From: an uncultured Spirochaetota bacterium
Lineage (GTDB): Bacteria > Spirochaetota > Spirochaetia > SZUA-6 > Fen-1364
Direction of reading: 5' to 3'
Assembly: GCA_963745235.1 (NCBI GenBank)
Contig: CAVUXE010000052.1
Span: 160,001 to 224,000, forward strand
Length of the DNA stretch: 64,000 nt
This document shows positions 1-9,023 of the stretch, piece after piece (position 1 is the stretch's first letter; each line of letters begins with the position of its first letter). The notes under the pieces are model-generated. The model had not been told where the DNA came from. It made no database searches and was given only the letters and a program-made list of their open reading frames with translations. Position numbers and translations under genes: made by a program.

Positions 1-2
1 TG

Positions 3-533
3 TTCGTTGTCCTGTTCCTGCAGCATGGGGCGGTATGGCTCGCGCTGAGATCCGGGGGCGGGATATCCGAAAGGAGCTCGCGGCTGGCCGGAAGGCTGTG
101 GTACCTCGTGCTCCTGGTCGCCGTTGCTTTTCTTGTGCTCACGGGCTTTTCCACGAAGCTGTACGACAACTTTTTTTCGCACCCCGGGTGGCTGCTTGTC
201 CCCGTCCTGGCCGTGGCGGCCCTTCTCCTGGTCAAAATCCTGCACGCGCGGGCGCGGATGCTGGGGGCTTTCTTCTCTTCCTGCGCCCTGATCGTGCTGG
301 TTGTTGCGACGGGTCTCGTGGGGCTTTTCCCGAACCTCATCCCTTCAAGCCTTGATCCCGCCGCAAGCCTGACGATCTTCAACTCCTCATCAGGTCCCTA
401 CACGCTTCGGCTCATGAGCATCGTAGCGGCCATCTTCGTCCCGATCGTCATCGTGTACCAGGTGCTTGTGTACCGGTTCTTCCGGGAGAAGACGACGCCG
501 GGCTCCCTTGCCAACCACTCAGGGGGCTACTGA
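3..533 (+). CDS. cydB: Cytochrome bd ubiquinol oxidase subunit II, 5'-truncated by window edge
   Basis: Frame open from position 3 (FLQHGAVWLALRS); C-terminal LFPNLIPSSLDPAASLTIFNSSSGPYTL...VPIVIVYQ is typical of CydB. Confidence 0.88.
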   Translation, partial: FVVLFLQHGAVWLALRSGGGISERSSRLAGRLWYLVLLVAVAFLVLTGFSTKLYDNFFSHPGWLLVPVLAVAALLLVKILHARARMLGAFFSSCALIVLVVATGLVGLFPNLIPSSLDPAASLTIFNSSSGPYTLRLMSIVAAIFVPIVIVYQVLVYRFFREKTTPGSLANHSGGY

Positions 534-1156
534 GGCTCTTTGCGCAGCACTCTCCAGGAAAGCCACGAGGCGCCCCAGGCCAGGAGAAGCCCGGAGGCGA
601 CGTCCGCGACATAGTGCTGCTTGACGAAGACCGTGGACACCACGATCAGGGCTGTCCACGCCGCGGCCACTATGCCCAGCCTTCGATCCGTTCTCCACCA
701 ATGGATGGCAATGATGGTGGACAACGACGTGTGCAGGCTCGGAAAATCGTTGTAGGGGTTGTCCCCCGCGTACACGTCGCGAACCATGCGGGAGAACAGG
801 TCGGTGCCGGCGACCACCGGGCGAATGACCTCCGACTGCAGCAGGAAATAGACCAGGTAGCTGACGAGCATCGCAAGAATCACTGAAAGCGCCGCTGACT
901 GGAAGATCCTTGTCCTGAAGACAAGAAAGACAATGAGCGAGAAATAGATGAGCGGCTCGAGAGATACATAGGGGATGACGAAGAGCGGGACCAGCGGAAG
1001 GGCATCGTCCAGGGGAGTTTTCAAATGGAGGATTGCCGGGCCGTGGTTCAACGGAGAATAGATCTTGCTGGCGGCGAAAACCCCGGCGGCAAGCAGAAGG
1101 GATGCTACGGCGTTGATCCACCCCGTCCGGACGATGCCTCGATCGAGCAACCTCAT
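527..1156 (-). CDS. PAP2-superfamily membrane phosphatase/phosphotransferase (Aur1/Ipt1-like)
   Basis: NDFPSLH and KQHYVAD motifs, several TM helices; start placed at ATG 1156. Confidence 0.8.
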   Translation of the reverse strand: MRLLDRGIVRTGWINAVASLLLAAGVFAASKIYSPLNHGPAILHLKTPLDDALPLVPLFVIPYVSLEPLIYFSLIVFLVFRTRIFQSAALSVILAMLVSYLVYFLLQSEVIRPVVAGTDLFSRMVRDVYAGDNPYNDFPSLHTSLSTIIAIHWWRTDRRLGIVAAAWTALIVVSTVFVKQHYVADVASGLLLAWGASWLSWRVLRKEPQ

Positions 1157-1301
1157 CGGGGAATTGAACCACGCAGAGGCCCCGGAGGCAAGCCCAGGGA
1201 AACGGACAGGGAACGCCGCAGTTGGACGGGCGTTCGGCGAAAACGTGATTTTGGTGAAGCGGTATATACTTGTAGGTGGGGTGCAACCCCAGGAGGACGC
1301 A

Positions 1302-1832
1302 ATGAGCGAGTACATGAGCCAGATCCCCGTCGAAATACAAGGGCATATCCGCCAGATCACAAAGAGCTCCGGGCTCCCCGACACGGAAGATTCCCTGGAG
1401 ATGATCGCGCAGGGTTGGCTGGAGAAGAAGGAGCGCTTCGAGCGCCATATCTCGCGAATGTCGCTGGAAGAGGTGGAGGTGCTGGAGAGAGCGGACGGCC
1501 GCGGTTGCCTCGCAATGACGTATTCGGGCTCCCTCATCAACATCGGCCCCCAGAGGGACCAGGGCAGGAACGTCCAGTATGTGAGCATCGGGCTTCGCAA
1601 GGACGTCCCGGAGTCCGCATCTCAGGAGAACTCCCAGCTGCAGGGGGACGTGCGGATCGGAGCTCCCGTAGCTTTCTCCTCGGGTCCCATCCTCAGCTCG
1701 TCTCCGGTGTTCAAGATTGCCGTGACGGCTGAGGAGCTGGACCTCGACGAGCAGGAGCGTCAGATCAGCAAGTCCACGGAGATCCTGACCAAGGAGTTCG
1801 TCAAGGTCAACAAGGAGCTGGATGAGGAATAG
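1302..1832 (+). CDS. Hypothetical protein, first gene of kinase/phosphatase operon
   Basis: AGGAGG RBS at 1291-1296, ATG at 1302, 176 aa; no family recognised. Confidence 0.8.
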   Translation: MSEYMSQIPVEIQGHIRQITKSSGLPDTEDSLEMIAQGWLEKKERFERHISRMSLEEVEVLERADGRGCLAMTYSGSLINIGPQRDQGRNVQYVSIGLRKDVPESASQENSQLQGDVRIGAPVAFSSGPILSSSPVFKIAVTAEELDLDEQERQISKSTEILTKEFVKVNKELDEE

Positions 1833-1853
1833 CCGACGGCGGGACGCATCCTG

Positions 1854-2870
1854 ATGCAGGAGCTCGTTCGAAGGCTCGGCGAGATCTTTCGACGCAGCGG
1901 CCCTCCGGAGGCGTTATCCTACGGGGAAGTCATTGCGGGGGCACTGGAAGCTCTGCAGACCGAGTCCCCGCGAATCCGACCGGCCGATGACAACGGCAGG
2001 CCCGGGGGCCTTGTTCTCCTGGATCCCGGCCTCTCCACTATCGTGGTGCCGGACCTTCACGCGCGGATGGACTTCTTTCTGGGCGTGCTCGGGTACCAGG
2101 CGGAAGAAGGCAGCAGGACCCTCGACCTCCTGGAAGAGGGGCGCCTCCAGGTGGTCTGCCTGGGTGACGGTGTGCACGCGGAGGGCCGGGCCGCCCAGCG
2201 CTGGCAGGCCGCCCAGGCGGAGTTCCTGGACACCTATCGAACTCACGGGAGCATGGATGATGAGATGCGTGAGAGCCTGGGAGTGATGGAGATGGTGATG
2301 GAGGTCAAGCGCCGTTATCCCGCCCTCTTCCATTTCCTCAAGGGCAACCATGAGAACATCACCAACGAAAGCGGCGGGGGCAATCTCCCCTTTCGCAAGT
2401 TCGCCCTGGAGGGGATAATGGTGCTCTCCTATATGAAACAGTTCTATGGTCCCCAGCTGCTCGGTCAGTATGCGCGGATGGAGAAGGAGTTGCCGCTCCT
2501 TGCGGTGGGCCCGGACTTTCTTCTCTCCCACGCAGAGCCGGCCACCTTTTTTCCCCCGCATCGCATCATCGGGTACCGCACGGACCCGGAGGTCGTGGAG
2601 GGGCTCACGTGGACAGACAATGACGAAGCCGAACCGGGAAGCGTTGATCAGATGCTGGAGTGCTACCTGGGGGAGGAGGCAGCGCGGGGCGCGCTGTACC
2701 TCGGCGGTCATCGGCCAGCCGCTGGCTCCTACAAGCTGCGCGCCGGCGGGAAGTACGTGCAGATCCATGATCCCGAGCGGTTCGTTATTGCGCATCTTCC
2801 TGCCACGGGGGGCATTCAGCTCGAGCGGGACATCGTGCGGATAGACGAGCGATCCCTATTGGCGGTGTGA
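1854..2870 (+). CDS. Calcineurin-like metallophosphoesterase
   Basis: DLH, GDGVH, GNHE, SHA and GH metal-binding motifs. Confidence 0.85.
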   Translation: MQELVRRLGEIFRRSGPPEALSYGEVIAGALEALQTESPRIRPADDNGRPGGLVLLDPGLSTIVVPDLHARMDFFLGVLGYQAEEGSRTLDLLEEGRLQVVCLGDGVHAEGRAAQRWQAAQAEFLDTYRTHGSMDDEMRESLGVMEMVMEVKRRYPALFHFLKGNHENITNESGGGNLPFRKFALEGIMVLSYMKQFYGPQLLGQYARMEKELPLLAVGPDFLLSHAEPATFFPPHRIIGYRTDPEVVEGLTWTDNDEAEPGSVDQMLECYLGEEAARGALYLGGHRPAAGSYKLRAGGKYVQIHDPERFVIAHLPATGGIQLERDIVRIDERSLLAV

Positions 2871-2871
2871 C

Positions 2872-4476
2872 ATGAAGAAGATCGGAAAGTACGAGCTGAT
2901 CGGAAAGATCGCACAGGGTGGGATGGGAGCCCTCTACACGGCACGGCACCCGACCCTGGAAAGAGTCGTGCTCCTGAAGAAGCTCGCGATCCACGGCGGC
3001 GGCCAGGTCGTGGAAAGGTTCAAGCGCGAAGCGCGCCTCATGATGGACCTCAACAGCGAGCGGATCGTCCAGGTGTACGATCACTTCAAGGAAGGCCCCA
3101 ACTACTACATTGTGGAGGAGTATGTCGAAGGGATCTCTCTCGACGCTCTGATCCGCAAGGAGCGATACCTCTCCAACGATGCGGCAATGCTCGTCCTCTA
3201 CGAGGTGTGCCGCGCTCTGAAGTTCGCCCATGACCGGCAGGTGATCCATCGCGATATCAAGCCGGGCAACATCCTCATCTCGAGCCATGGAGAGGTAAAG
3301 CTCGCCGACTTCGGGATTGCCACATCTGCGGCGGAAATGGACGACGGCCTCACGAAGGACGGAACCATGCTGGGCACCCCGGCATACGTCCCGCCGGAGC
3401 AGATCGAGGACGCTCGAAACGTGGACCGCCGCGCGGATATCTACTCCGTCGGAGTCGTCCTGTACGAGATGCTGACGGGGAAGACCCCCTACCCCGGCTC
3501 TTTCACGGCAGAGACGATCCGCCTCATTCACAAGGGCAGGCACACGCCTCCCCGCCGCCTGAACCCTCGGGCGTCACCCTTCCTGGCCAGGATCGCCGCC
3601 ACCTGCATGAAGGTCAATCGCCGTCGGCGCTACCAGGACCTCGGCGTCATCCTCCGTCTCCTGGAAAAGCGCATTCCCCGCAGGGATCCGGCTACAGTCC
3701 GGCAGGCCATGAAGAAGGTCCTCAAAGGGGAAAGCATCCAGGATTTCCTTCGACGAAGCCGGGCGCCGACCTACTGGACCCTTGCGGCAATCCTGGCCGT
3801 GCTGGTGCTTGCATCAGGTGGCTGGCTGCTTTTCCGTCAGGGCTACTGGTACGAGCTGTTCGAGGGGAACCGCTACGGAGCGCTCATCGTCTCTGCTCAG
3901 GTTGACAGCGCGTACAAGGACCCCGAGGAGGTCTTCTTCAAGCCGGTGCTCTATCGGGAGAAGGGCAACCAGCTGACAAGGATCAACGGAATCGACTTCA
4001 GCATCCACGAAAGCCCGTCCGGCCGCACAGGAGATACCTACCTCCTTTCCTCGAAGAAGCTCTACCTGGAGGCCGGCAGGTACAGGCTCAAAGTCGGGCT
4101 GGAAGGGCAGCTGTACTGGTCATCCTTCACGCTGAGCCCGCGATGGGTCCAGCGGAAGTCGTTTGACACGGCCAACGCGCAGAGAGTCACTCTGCGTCAG
4201 GAAAGCGCGCCATCCCTGCCGCTCACCGTCAGGTACTCGGTCTCCAGCGCGGAAACCGGTGAGGACCTGACAGGAACGGCGAAAGTCCAGGTCCTGGTGG
4301 GGGACCACTGGCTTCCCGTCTTTCTTGCCAAGGCCGAAGGACTTTCGCCGGGGCGCACATACACGTTTCGGGTGGAAAAGGATGGATACGTGGGGCAGGA
4401 GTTCAATCTCATCATCAAACCGTACCAGTCGACGCTCGTCCTCGATGCTCGACTCGTACCCGAGGCCAAGAGGTGA
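2872..4476 (+). CDS. Membrane-anchored Hanks-type Ser/Thr protein kinase with extracytoplasmic beta-rich domain
   Basis: GGMG loop, HRDIKPGN, DFG, GTPAYVPPE, DIYSVG; one TM helix; C-terminus resembles a PEGA-like domain. Confidence 0.93.
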   Translation: MKKIGKYELIGKIAQGGMGALYTARHPTLERVVLLKKLAIHGGGQVVERFKREARLMMDLNSERIVQVYDHFKEGPNYYIVEEYVEGISLDALIRKERYLSNDAAMLVLYEVCRALKFAHDRQVIHRDIKPGNILISSHGEVKLADFGIATSAAEMDDGLTKDGTMLGTPAYVPPEQIEDARNVDRRADIYSVGVVLYEMLTGKTPYPGSFTAETIRLIHKGRHTPPRRLNPRASPFLARIAATCMKVNRRRRYQDLGVILRLLEKRIPRRDPATVRQAMKKVLKGESIQDFLRRSRAPTYWTLAAILAVLVLASGGWLLFRQGYWYELFEGNRYGALIVSAQVDSAYKDPEEVFFKPVLYREKGNQLTRINGIDFSIHESPSGRTGDTYLLSSKKLYLEAGRYRLKVGLEGQLYWSSFTLSPRWVQRKSFDTANAQRVTLRQESAPSLPLTVRYSVSSAETGEDLTGTAKVQVLVGDHWLPVFLAKAEGLSPGRTYTFRVEKDGYVGQEFNLIIKPYQSTLVLDARLVPEAKR

Positions 4477-4480
4477 TCTC

Positions 4481-5371
4481 ATGACGACAATGAGCAGCAG
4501 GCTCATCATTCTCGCGTTGGGCTTTCTCGGAGGGTTGGCGGCGTGGCCGGCGGCGGAGCTGATCCTGTACTCCCAGGGCGCGTTCCCCTCGTACCTGGCA
4601 TTCCTATCTCTTCTTGGAGCGGTGGTCGGCGCCCTCGTGGGCGCTTTCTTCGGAGCCGGCGAAGGGATCACATCAAGGATCAGAAACAGGATTCCCGCAG
4701 GAATGCTCCTCGGCGCCCTTGTCGGGTGCATTGGCGGTGCCCTCGGGGCGCTCGTGGGACAGGCCGCCCTCTGGCTGATCGGCGGCATCTTCCTGCTGTC
4801 CTACAGGGACATGCAGTGGGTGGTCCTCCCCGTTTCCCGAGCCATCGGATGGGCGGTGCTCGGCGTGTTTGTCGGGGCCGGCGAAGGTTGTCGCTCTCTT
4901 TCCCCCAAGAAGATCGCTGTCGGCGTCCTGGGCGGGTTTCTGGGCGGGATGGTGGGTGGTTTCGCCCTCGAGTACTCGCGGCTCCTTCTTCCGGGTTTCG
5001 CGCTTTTCCGTCTCGTCGGCCTCGTCATCCTGGGGCTTGCCATCGGCTTTTTCTACGGGCTGATCGAGCAGGGAATGTCCTTCGGAGTCCTTCGCATCCT
5101 TGCGGGAGAGCTCAAGGGGAAGGAGTTCTTCCTCACCGAGAGGCGCATCCGCATTGGCCGCTCCCCTCGCAACGAGATAGCGCTGCCCGCCTATGAGGAC
5201 CTTGCGGACCTCCAGGCTGACATCCGCGTCAGGAAGGGGGAGCCGGTGATCACGAACCTTGACCCGAGCGTCGCAATGCTTGTCAACGAAGAGAAAGTCA
5301 AGGAAAGGAAGCTGAAGCTCGGGGACGTGATCAAAATCGGGTCAGCGAGAATCTTTTACAAGTACGGATGA
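4481..5371 (+). CDS. Gly-rich multi-pass membrane protein with C-terminal FHA-like domain
   Basis: About six Gly-rich TM helices, then IRIGRSPRNEIAL...LKLGDVIKIG. Confidence 0.8.
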   Translation: MTTMSSRLIILALGFLGGLAAWPAAELILYSQGAFPSYLAFLSLLGAVVGALVGAFFGAGEGITSRIRNRIPAGMLLGALVGCIGGALGALVGQAALWLIGGIFLLSYRDMQWVVLPVSRAIGWAVLGVFVGAGEGCRSLSPKKIAVGVLGGFLGGMVGGFALEYSRLLLPGFALFRLVGLVILGLAIGFFYGLIEQGMSFGVLRILAGELKGKEFFLTERRIRIGRSPRNEIALPAYEDLADLQADIRVRKGEPVITNLDPSVAMLVNEEKVKERKLKLGDVIKIGSARIFYKYG

Positions 5372-6807
5372 GGAGCACGATCATGACCAGATACTTTTTC
5401 CTGGGAGTCTTCCTGCTGTCCGTCGCTGCCGGTGCGGCATCCGCGCTCACCATCAGCCTCTCGCAGATCGACAGCTCGGGCCTGCTTCTCAGCCAGAGAG
5501 TGAACGCCTATGTGAGCGTCACGGATGACCAGGGTGAGCCGCTGACCAGCCTGCAGCAGGGAGCGTTCACCGTCTCCGAATCCGCGGACGGCGTACACTA
5601 CGCGAAGCTTCCCGTCATCGCCTTCGAACCCAGCGCGGGCGCGAACAGGGGGATCTCTTTCCTCCTCGTGATAGACAATTCGGGAAGCATGTACGACACC
5701 CCTGACAGCAAGCCCACCACGGATCCCGCAAAAATGAAGATCACCCGCGCAAAGGAAGCCGTCCGCGCTTTCCTTGCCAGCATGACCAACCCGCAGGACA
5801 AGGTGGGGCTCGTTGTCTTCAACACGCGCTATCGCCTGCTGGCGCGCCCCTCCGCGGACAGGGAGCGCATTGCATCGCTCCTGGACCAGATCACGAAGCC
5901 GGTACCGGATGAGGCGTACACGGAGCTGTACGGCACGCTCAAGCTCGCCTCGCAGGAGTTCGCGGGGGCGAGCGGCCGCAAGGCCATCATTGTCCTTTCA
6001 GATGGTGAGAACTTCCCCTACTTCACCCACACCGGCAAGCCCCACCCGGACTACGGCACCCGTGTCTTCGCCTATCCGGAGTCGATTGTCGCCAACCAGG
6101 AGGAGGGGGTCACTGTCTACGGAATCGACTTCGGAGTGGAAGTCATGGACAAGAACCTCCGGACAATCGCCCAGGAGACCGGAGGAAAGACCTTCGAGGC
6201 CGCGCGCGGGGAAGACCTGAACGGCGTGTATGCGGCAATCCATCGCCAGGTCGCCGGGGAGTACCTCATTGGCTACCGCGCCACGACCACTCCCGCGGAG
6301 AAGAAGTTTGTCCAAGTATCCGTGAACGACGCCGGCAAGGAGAGCACGGCGACACGCTTTTATTTCTCCAGCATCGTGTTCGGCCTCCCGCTTCACGGCC
6401 TGTCCGCGGTCCTCATCATCCCGTTCCTCCTGGGATTCGCGCTGCTGTGGCTTCTCACACTGCTGAAGCTGGAGAGGAGGCCCGGACCTGCAAACCTGGA
6501 AGTCCTGCAGACCCGGGTCGGGCACCCGGTGACCCGGGTTCTTCCCCTTTCGGCGACCAAGACCGTCATCGGCGGAAGCGCAAGCGCGGACCTTACCATT
6601 GTCGGGGCGCCGCAGGTCAGGCAGGAGCACGCTACCATCCTCTTCGACCCGAAAGACAAGAGCTATACGGTGGTGGGGTCCGGGGACATCACGGTGAACA
6701 ACCAGCCGGTAAAGACCCGCAAGCTCGAGCCCGGGGATGTCATTGACGTCGGCGGAGCGACGATCGTCTTCGACGATTCGAAGGACAAGAAGCAGGAGAA
6801 GAAGTAG
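5368..6807 (+). CDS. Exported vWA domain, TM helix and cytoplasmic FHA-like domain
   Basis: Signal peptide, MIDAS DNSGS...T...LSDG, TM helix, C-terminal LEPGDVIDVG; ATGA overlap with upstream gene. Confidence 0.88.
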   Translation: MRSTIMTRYFFLGVFLLSVAAGAASALTISLSQIDSSGLLLSQRVNAYVSVTDDQGEPLTSLQQGAFTVSESADGVHYAKLPVIAFEPSAGANRGISFLLVIDNSGSMYDTPDSKPTTDPAKMKITRAKEAVRAFLASMTNPQDKVGLVVFNTRYRLLARPSADRERIASLLDQITKPVPDEAYTELYGTLKLASQEFAGASGRKAIIVLSDGENFPYFTHTGKPHPDYGTRVFAYPESIVANQEEGVTVYGIDFGVEVMDKNLRTIAQETGGKTFEAARGEDLNGVYAAIHRQVAGEYLIGYRATTTPAEKKFVQVSVNDAGKESTATRFYFSSIVFGLPLHGLSAVLIIPFLLGFALLWLLTLLKLERRPGPANLEVLQTRVGHPVTRVLPLSATKTVIGGSASADLTIVGAPQVRQEHATILFDPKDKSYTVVGSGDITVNNQPVKTRKLEPGDVIDVGGATIVFDDSKDKKQEKK

Positions 6808-6817
6808 AAGCTTCCCG

Positions 6818-7249
6818 TCAGGTCCGGCGCGGCGCCTCCTTGTCGAAGACTGCCTCTACCGTGATGGAGATGCCCCCGCGTGCGTTGAACGCTCCAATGA
6901 CCTTGCAGGACCAGGGGTCCAGGGCGCGCACCACGTCGTCCAGGATGCGGTTTGTCACGTGCTCGTGGAAAGTCCCTTCCTGGCGATACGACCAGAGATA
7001 CAGCTTGAGAGACTTGGATTCCAGGATTCGCTGGTCGGGGACGTAGTGGATGGTGATTGTCCCGAAGTCAGGTTGACCAGTCATCGGGCACACGCAGGTG
7101 AACTCCGGGCACACCAGCGTGACCGTATATCTGCGGCCCGGGTTCCTGTTCGGGAAGGCCTCGAGCTTTCTCTCGGGCTTCGCCTTTTTCTTCTTCAAGA
7201 GGGTCAAACCCTCGGAGAGAGCCTTTGTCTCCAGTTTCCGCGATTTCGT
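6818..7249 (-). CDS. queF: NADPH-dependent 7-cyano-7-deazaguanine reductase (preQ1 synthase), unimodular; start uncertain (ACG 7249 or TTG 7207)
   Basis: EFTCVCPMTGQPDFG, ESKSLKLY, FHE and RGGI motifs. Confidence 0.93.
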   Translation of the reverse strand, partial: TKSRKLETKALSEGLTLLKKKKAKPERKLEAFPNRNPGRRYTVTLVCPEFTCVCPMTGQPDFGTITIHYVPDQRILESKSLKLYLWSYRQEGTFHEHVTNRILDDVVRALDPWSCKVIGAFNARGGISITVEAVFDKEAPRRT

Positions 7250-7259
7250 CCTGCCCTCC

Positions 7260-7979
7260 TTACCCCTTCAACCGGAAGGGATTGAAGTCCGTCTGATAGT
7301 CGTAGTGGTCCTCTCGTTCCGTTCTTTTCAGGAAGCCCACAATCGCGTACGTCACGGGCGTGGCAATGGTCTCATATGCCGACTTGACCAGCCATTGCGC
7401 GATGACCACCCGGGCGAGGTTGGCTGTCGAGAGCGACCCCCCAAATGCAATCACGATGAAAATAAGCGAATCAGCGCCCTGGCCGACGAGAGTGCTCCCG
7501 ATGGTCCTTGTCCACAGCCACTTTCCCCGCGTCGCGACCTTCATCCGGGCGAGCACCAGGGAGTTGAGAAACTCCCCCACCAGGTAGGCGCTGAAAGATG
7601 CCAGAAGCAGGCGGGGGGTGGACCCGAGAATGCGCACATATGCGGCCTGGCCGTCCCAGAAGACAGCTGACGGAAGCCTTCCGCCGATCCAGATCGCAAG
7701 GGCGGCAAGGGCATTGCAGCCGAAGCCGATCCAGATGACCTGGCGCGAGCGGGCATACCCGTAGACCTCCGTCAGGATGTCACCGAAAAGGTAGCTGAGC
7801 GGAAAGATGACCACTGCTGCCGGCACCACTACGCCGAGCACGTCGATGATCTTGACCGCGATGATGTTGGACGTTATGAGGCAGGTGACGAACACCGCTG
7901 TCACGAGGCTGAGGTATCGGTATCCCTGGGCGCCAGGGGCGCTTCCCTGGGCGCCAGGGGCGCTTCTCTGCTTCTCCAA
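7260..7979 (-). CDS. yhhQ: Queuosine precursor transporter (YhhQ/Vut_1 family)
   Basis: SNIIAVK, FPLSYLFGDILTEVYG, RTIGSTLVGQGADS; adjacent to queF. Confidence 0.9.
   Translation of the reverse strand: MEKQRSAPGAQGSAPGAQGYRYLSLVTAVFVTCLITSNIIAVKIIDVLGVVVPAAVVIFPLSYLFGDILTEVYGYARSRQVIWIGFGCNALAALAIWIGGRLPSAVFWDGQAAYVRILGSTPRLLLASFSAYLVGEFLNSLVLARMKVATRGKWLWTRTIGSTLVGQGADSLIFIVIAFGGSLSTANLARVVIAQWLVKSAYETIATPVTYAIVGFLKRTEREDHYDYQTDFNPFRLKG
7923..7964 (-). repeat. 2 x 21-bp in-frame tandem repeat at the 5' end of yhhQ (SAPGAQG)
   Basis: tccctgggcgccaggggcgct repeated exactly at 7923 and 7944; contains hairpin CCCTGG-GCG-CCAGGG. Confidence 0.9.
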
Positions 7980-8049
7980 GTCAGTCTCCTGCCGCGGCGG
8001 CCCGCCGCGAAAGCGGCGCCATTATACCGGCGCCGTCCGCGCCGGTCTA

Positions 8050-8949
8050 TCAGGCCTTCCCCGCGCTGCCGAGGAGCGCCATGTATTCCTCCACAACGCG
8101 CGACAGCGCCTCCCGGGCAGCCTGCGCGACGTCGCCGGGGAGCCCTGAGCCCAGAACCCGGTAGGGGTTGTACGCGCTTCCCGCTGCCCCGCACGAGGCG
8201 CGCAGGGCTTCGAAATAGGCCTTCTTGAGCGCGCTGCCGATGTTGACCTTGCGGACGCCCCGCCTGACGGCTTCCCTGAGGTCTGCCGGTGAGAGCGACG
8301 TGGCGCCGTGAAGAGCGAGCGGAACGTCCACGAAATCCCGGATCCAGGAAAGCCTGTCGAGGTCCAGCGTGACCTTGCGCCTCCCGTGCAGGTGAGCCTG
8401 GCCAACGCTGACGGCAAGGCTGTCGACTCCCGTCTCCGCCACAAACCGCCGCGCGGAATCAGGATCCGTGAGCTGCGCATCCTCCGGCGCGGCCCCAAGA
8501 TCTCCGGAGGTCCCGGGCAGCGGGTCCGGCTCCCCCTCCGCCGCCGCCGAGGAAGCGTGGGCGAGCTCCGCCGTGCGCCGGGTCTGCTCGACGAGCCGCT
8601 GTGCATCGCAGTCATCGTCAGAGAACATCACGAGCCCGAAACCCAGGCGCACCGCCGCGGAGATCCAGTCCGTATTTGCGCATTCGTTGAACAGGAGGCA
8701 GGCAGGCACGGTCAGCCTCCTGGCGACCGCTGAGGCAAGCGCGTGGTAGTCCTCCAGGTGCTCGGGCCGGGAGCGGGCCCGGTCAGGGAGCGAGATCCCG
8801 CTGAAGCCGAGAATGACGGGGGACCTCGTTCGCTCCGCGGCATCCGCAACTGCAAGGAGGGACTCCATGTTCCAGCTCTCGAAATATCCCACGGCGTACG
8901 AGTGTTGTTCGGCATCCGCCATGATTCCCGAGAAGGAAGCGATCCCCAT
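8050..8949 (-). CDS. Class II fructose/tagatose-bisphosphate aldolase-like protein with atypical active site
   Basis: YAVGYFE, LTDP, TGVDSLAVSVGQAH, LALHG, GVRKVNIG; GGAGG RBS. Confidence 0.85.
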   Translation of the reverse strand: MGIASFSGIMADAEQHSYAVGYFESWNMESLLAVADAAERTRSPVILGFSGISLPDRARSRPEHLEDYHALASAVARRLTVPACLLFNECANTDWISAAVRLGFGLVMFSDDDCDAQRLVEQTRRTAELAHASSAAAEGEPDPLPGTSGDLGAAPEDAQLTDPDSARRFVAETGVDSLAVSVGQAHLHGRRKVTLDLDRLSWIRDFVDVPLALHGATSLSPADLREAVRRGVRKVNIGSALKKAYFEALRASCGAAGSAYNPYRVLGSGLPGDVAQAAREALSRVVEEYMALLGSAGKA

Positions 8950-9023
8950 TGCCTTTCCTCCGACACGTTGTATTTGATCAGGGATTTGCGCCGCCTGCAA
9001 GGCGCATGGTATCATTGCGTCTC

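Noticed and set aside
7980-8049. preQ1 riboswitch upstream of yhhQ-queF
   Set aside because: Short GC-rich leader after a TATAAT box; no preQ1-I stem or A-rich tail recognised
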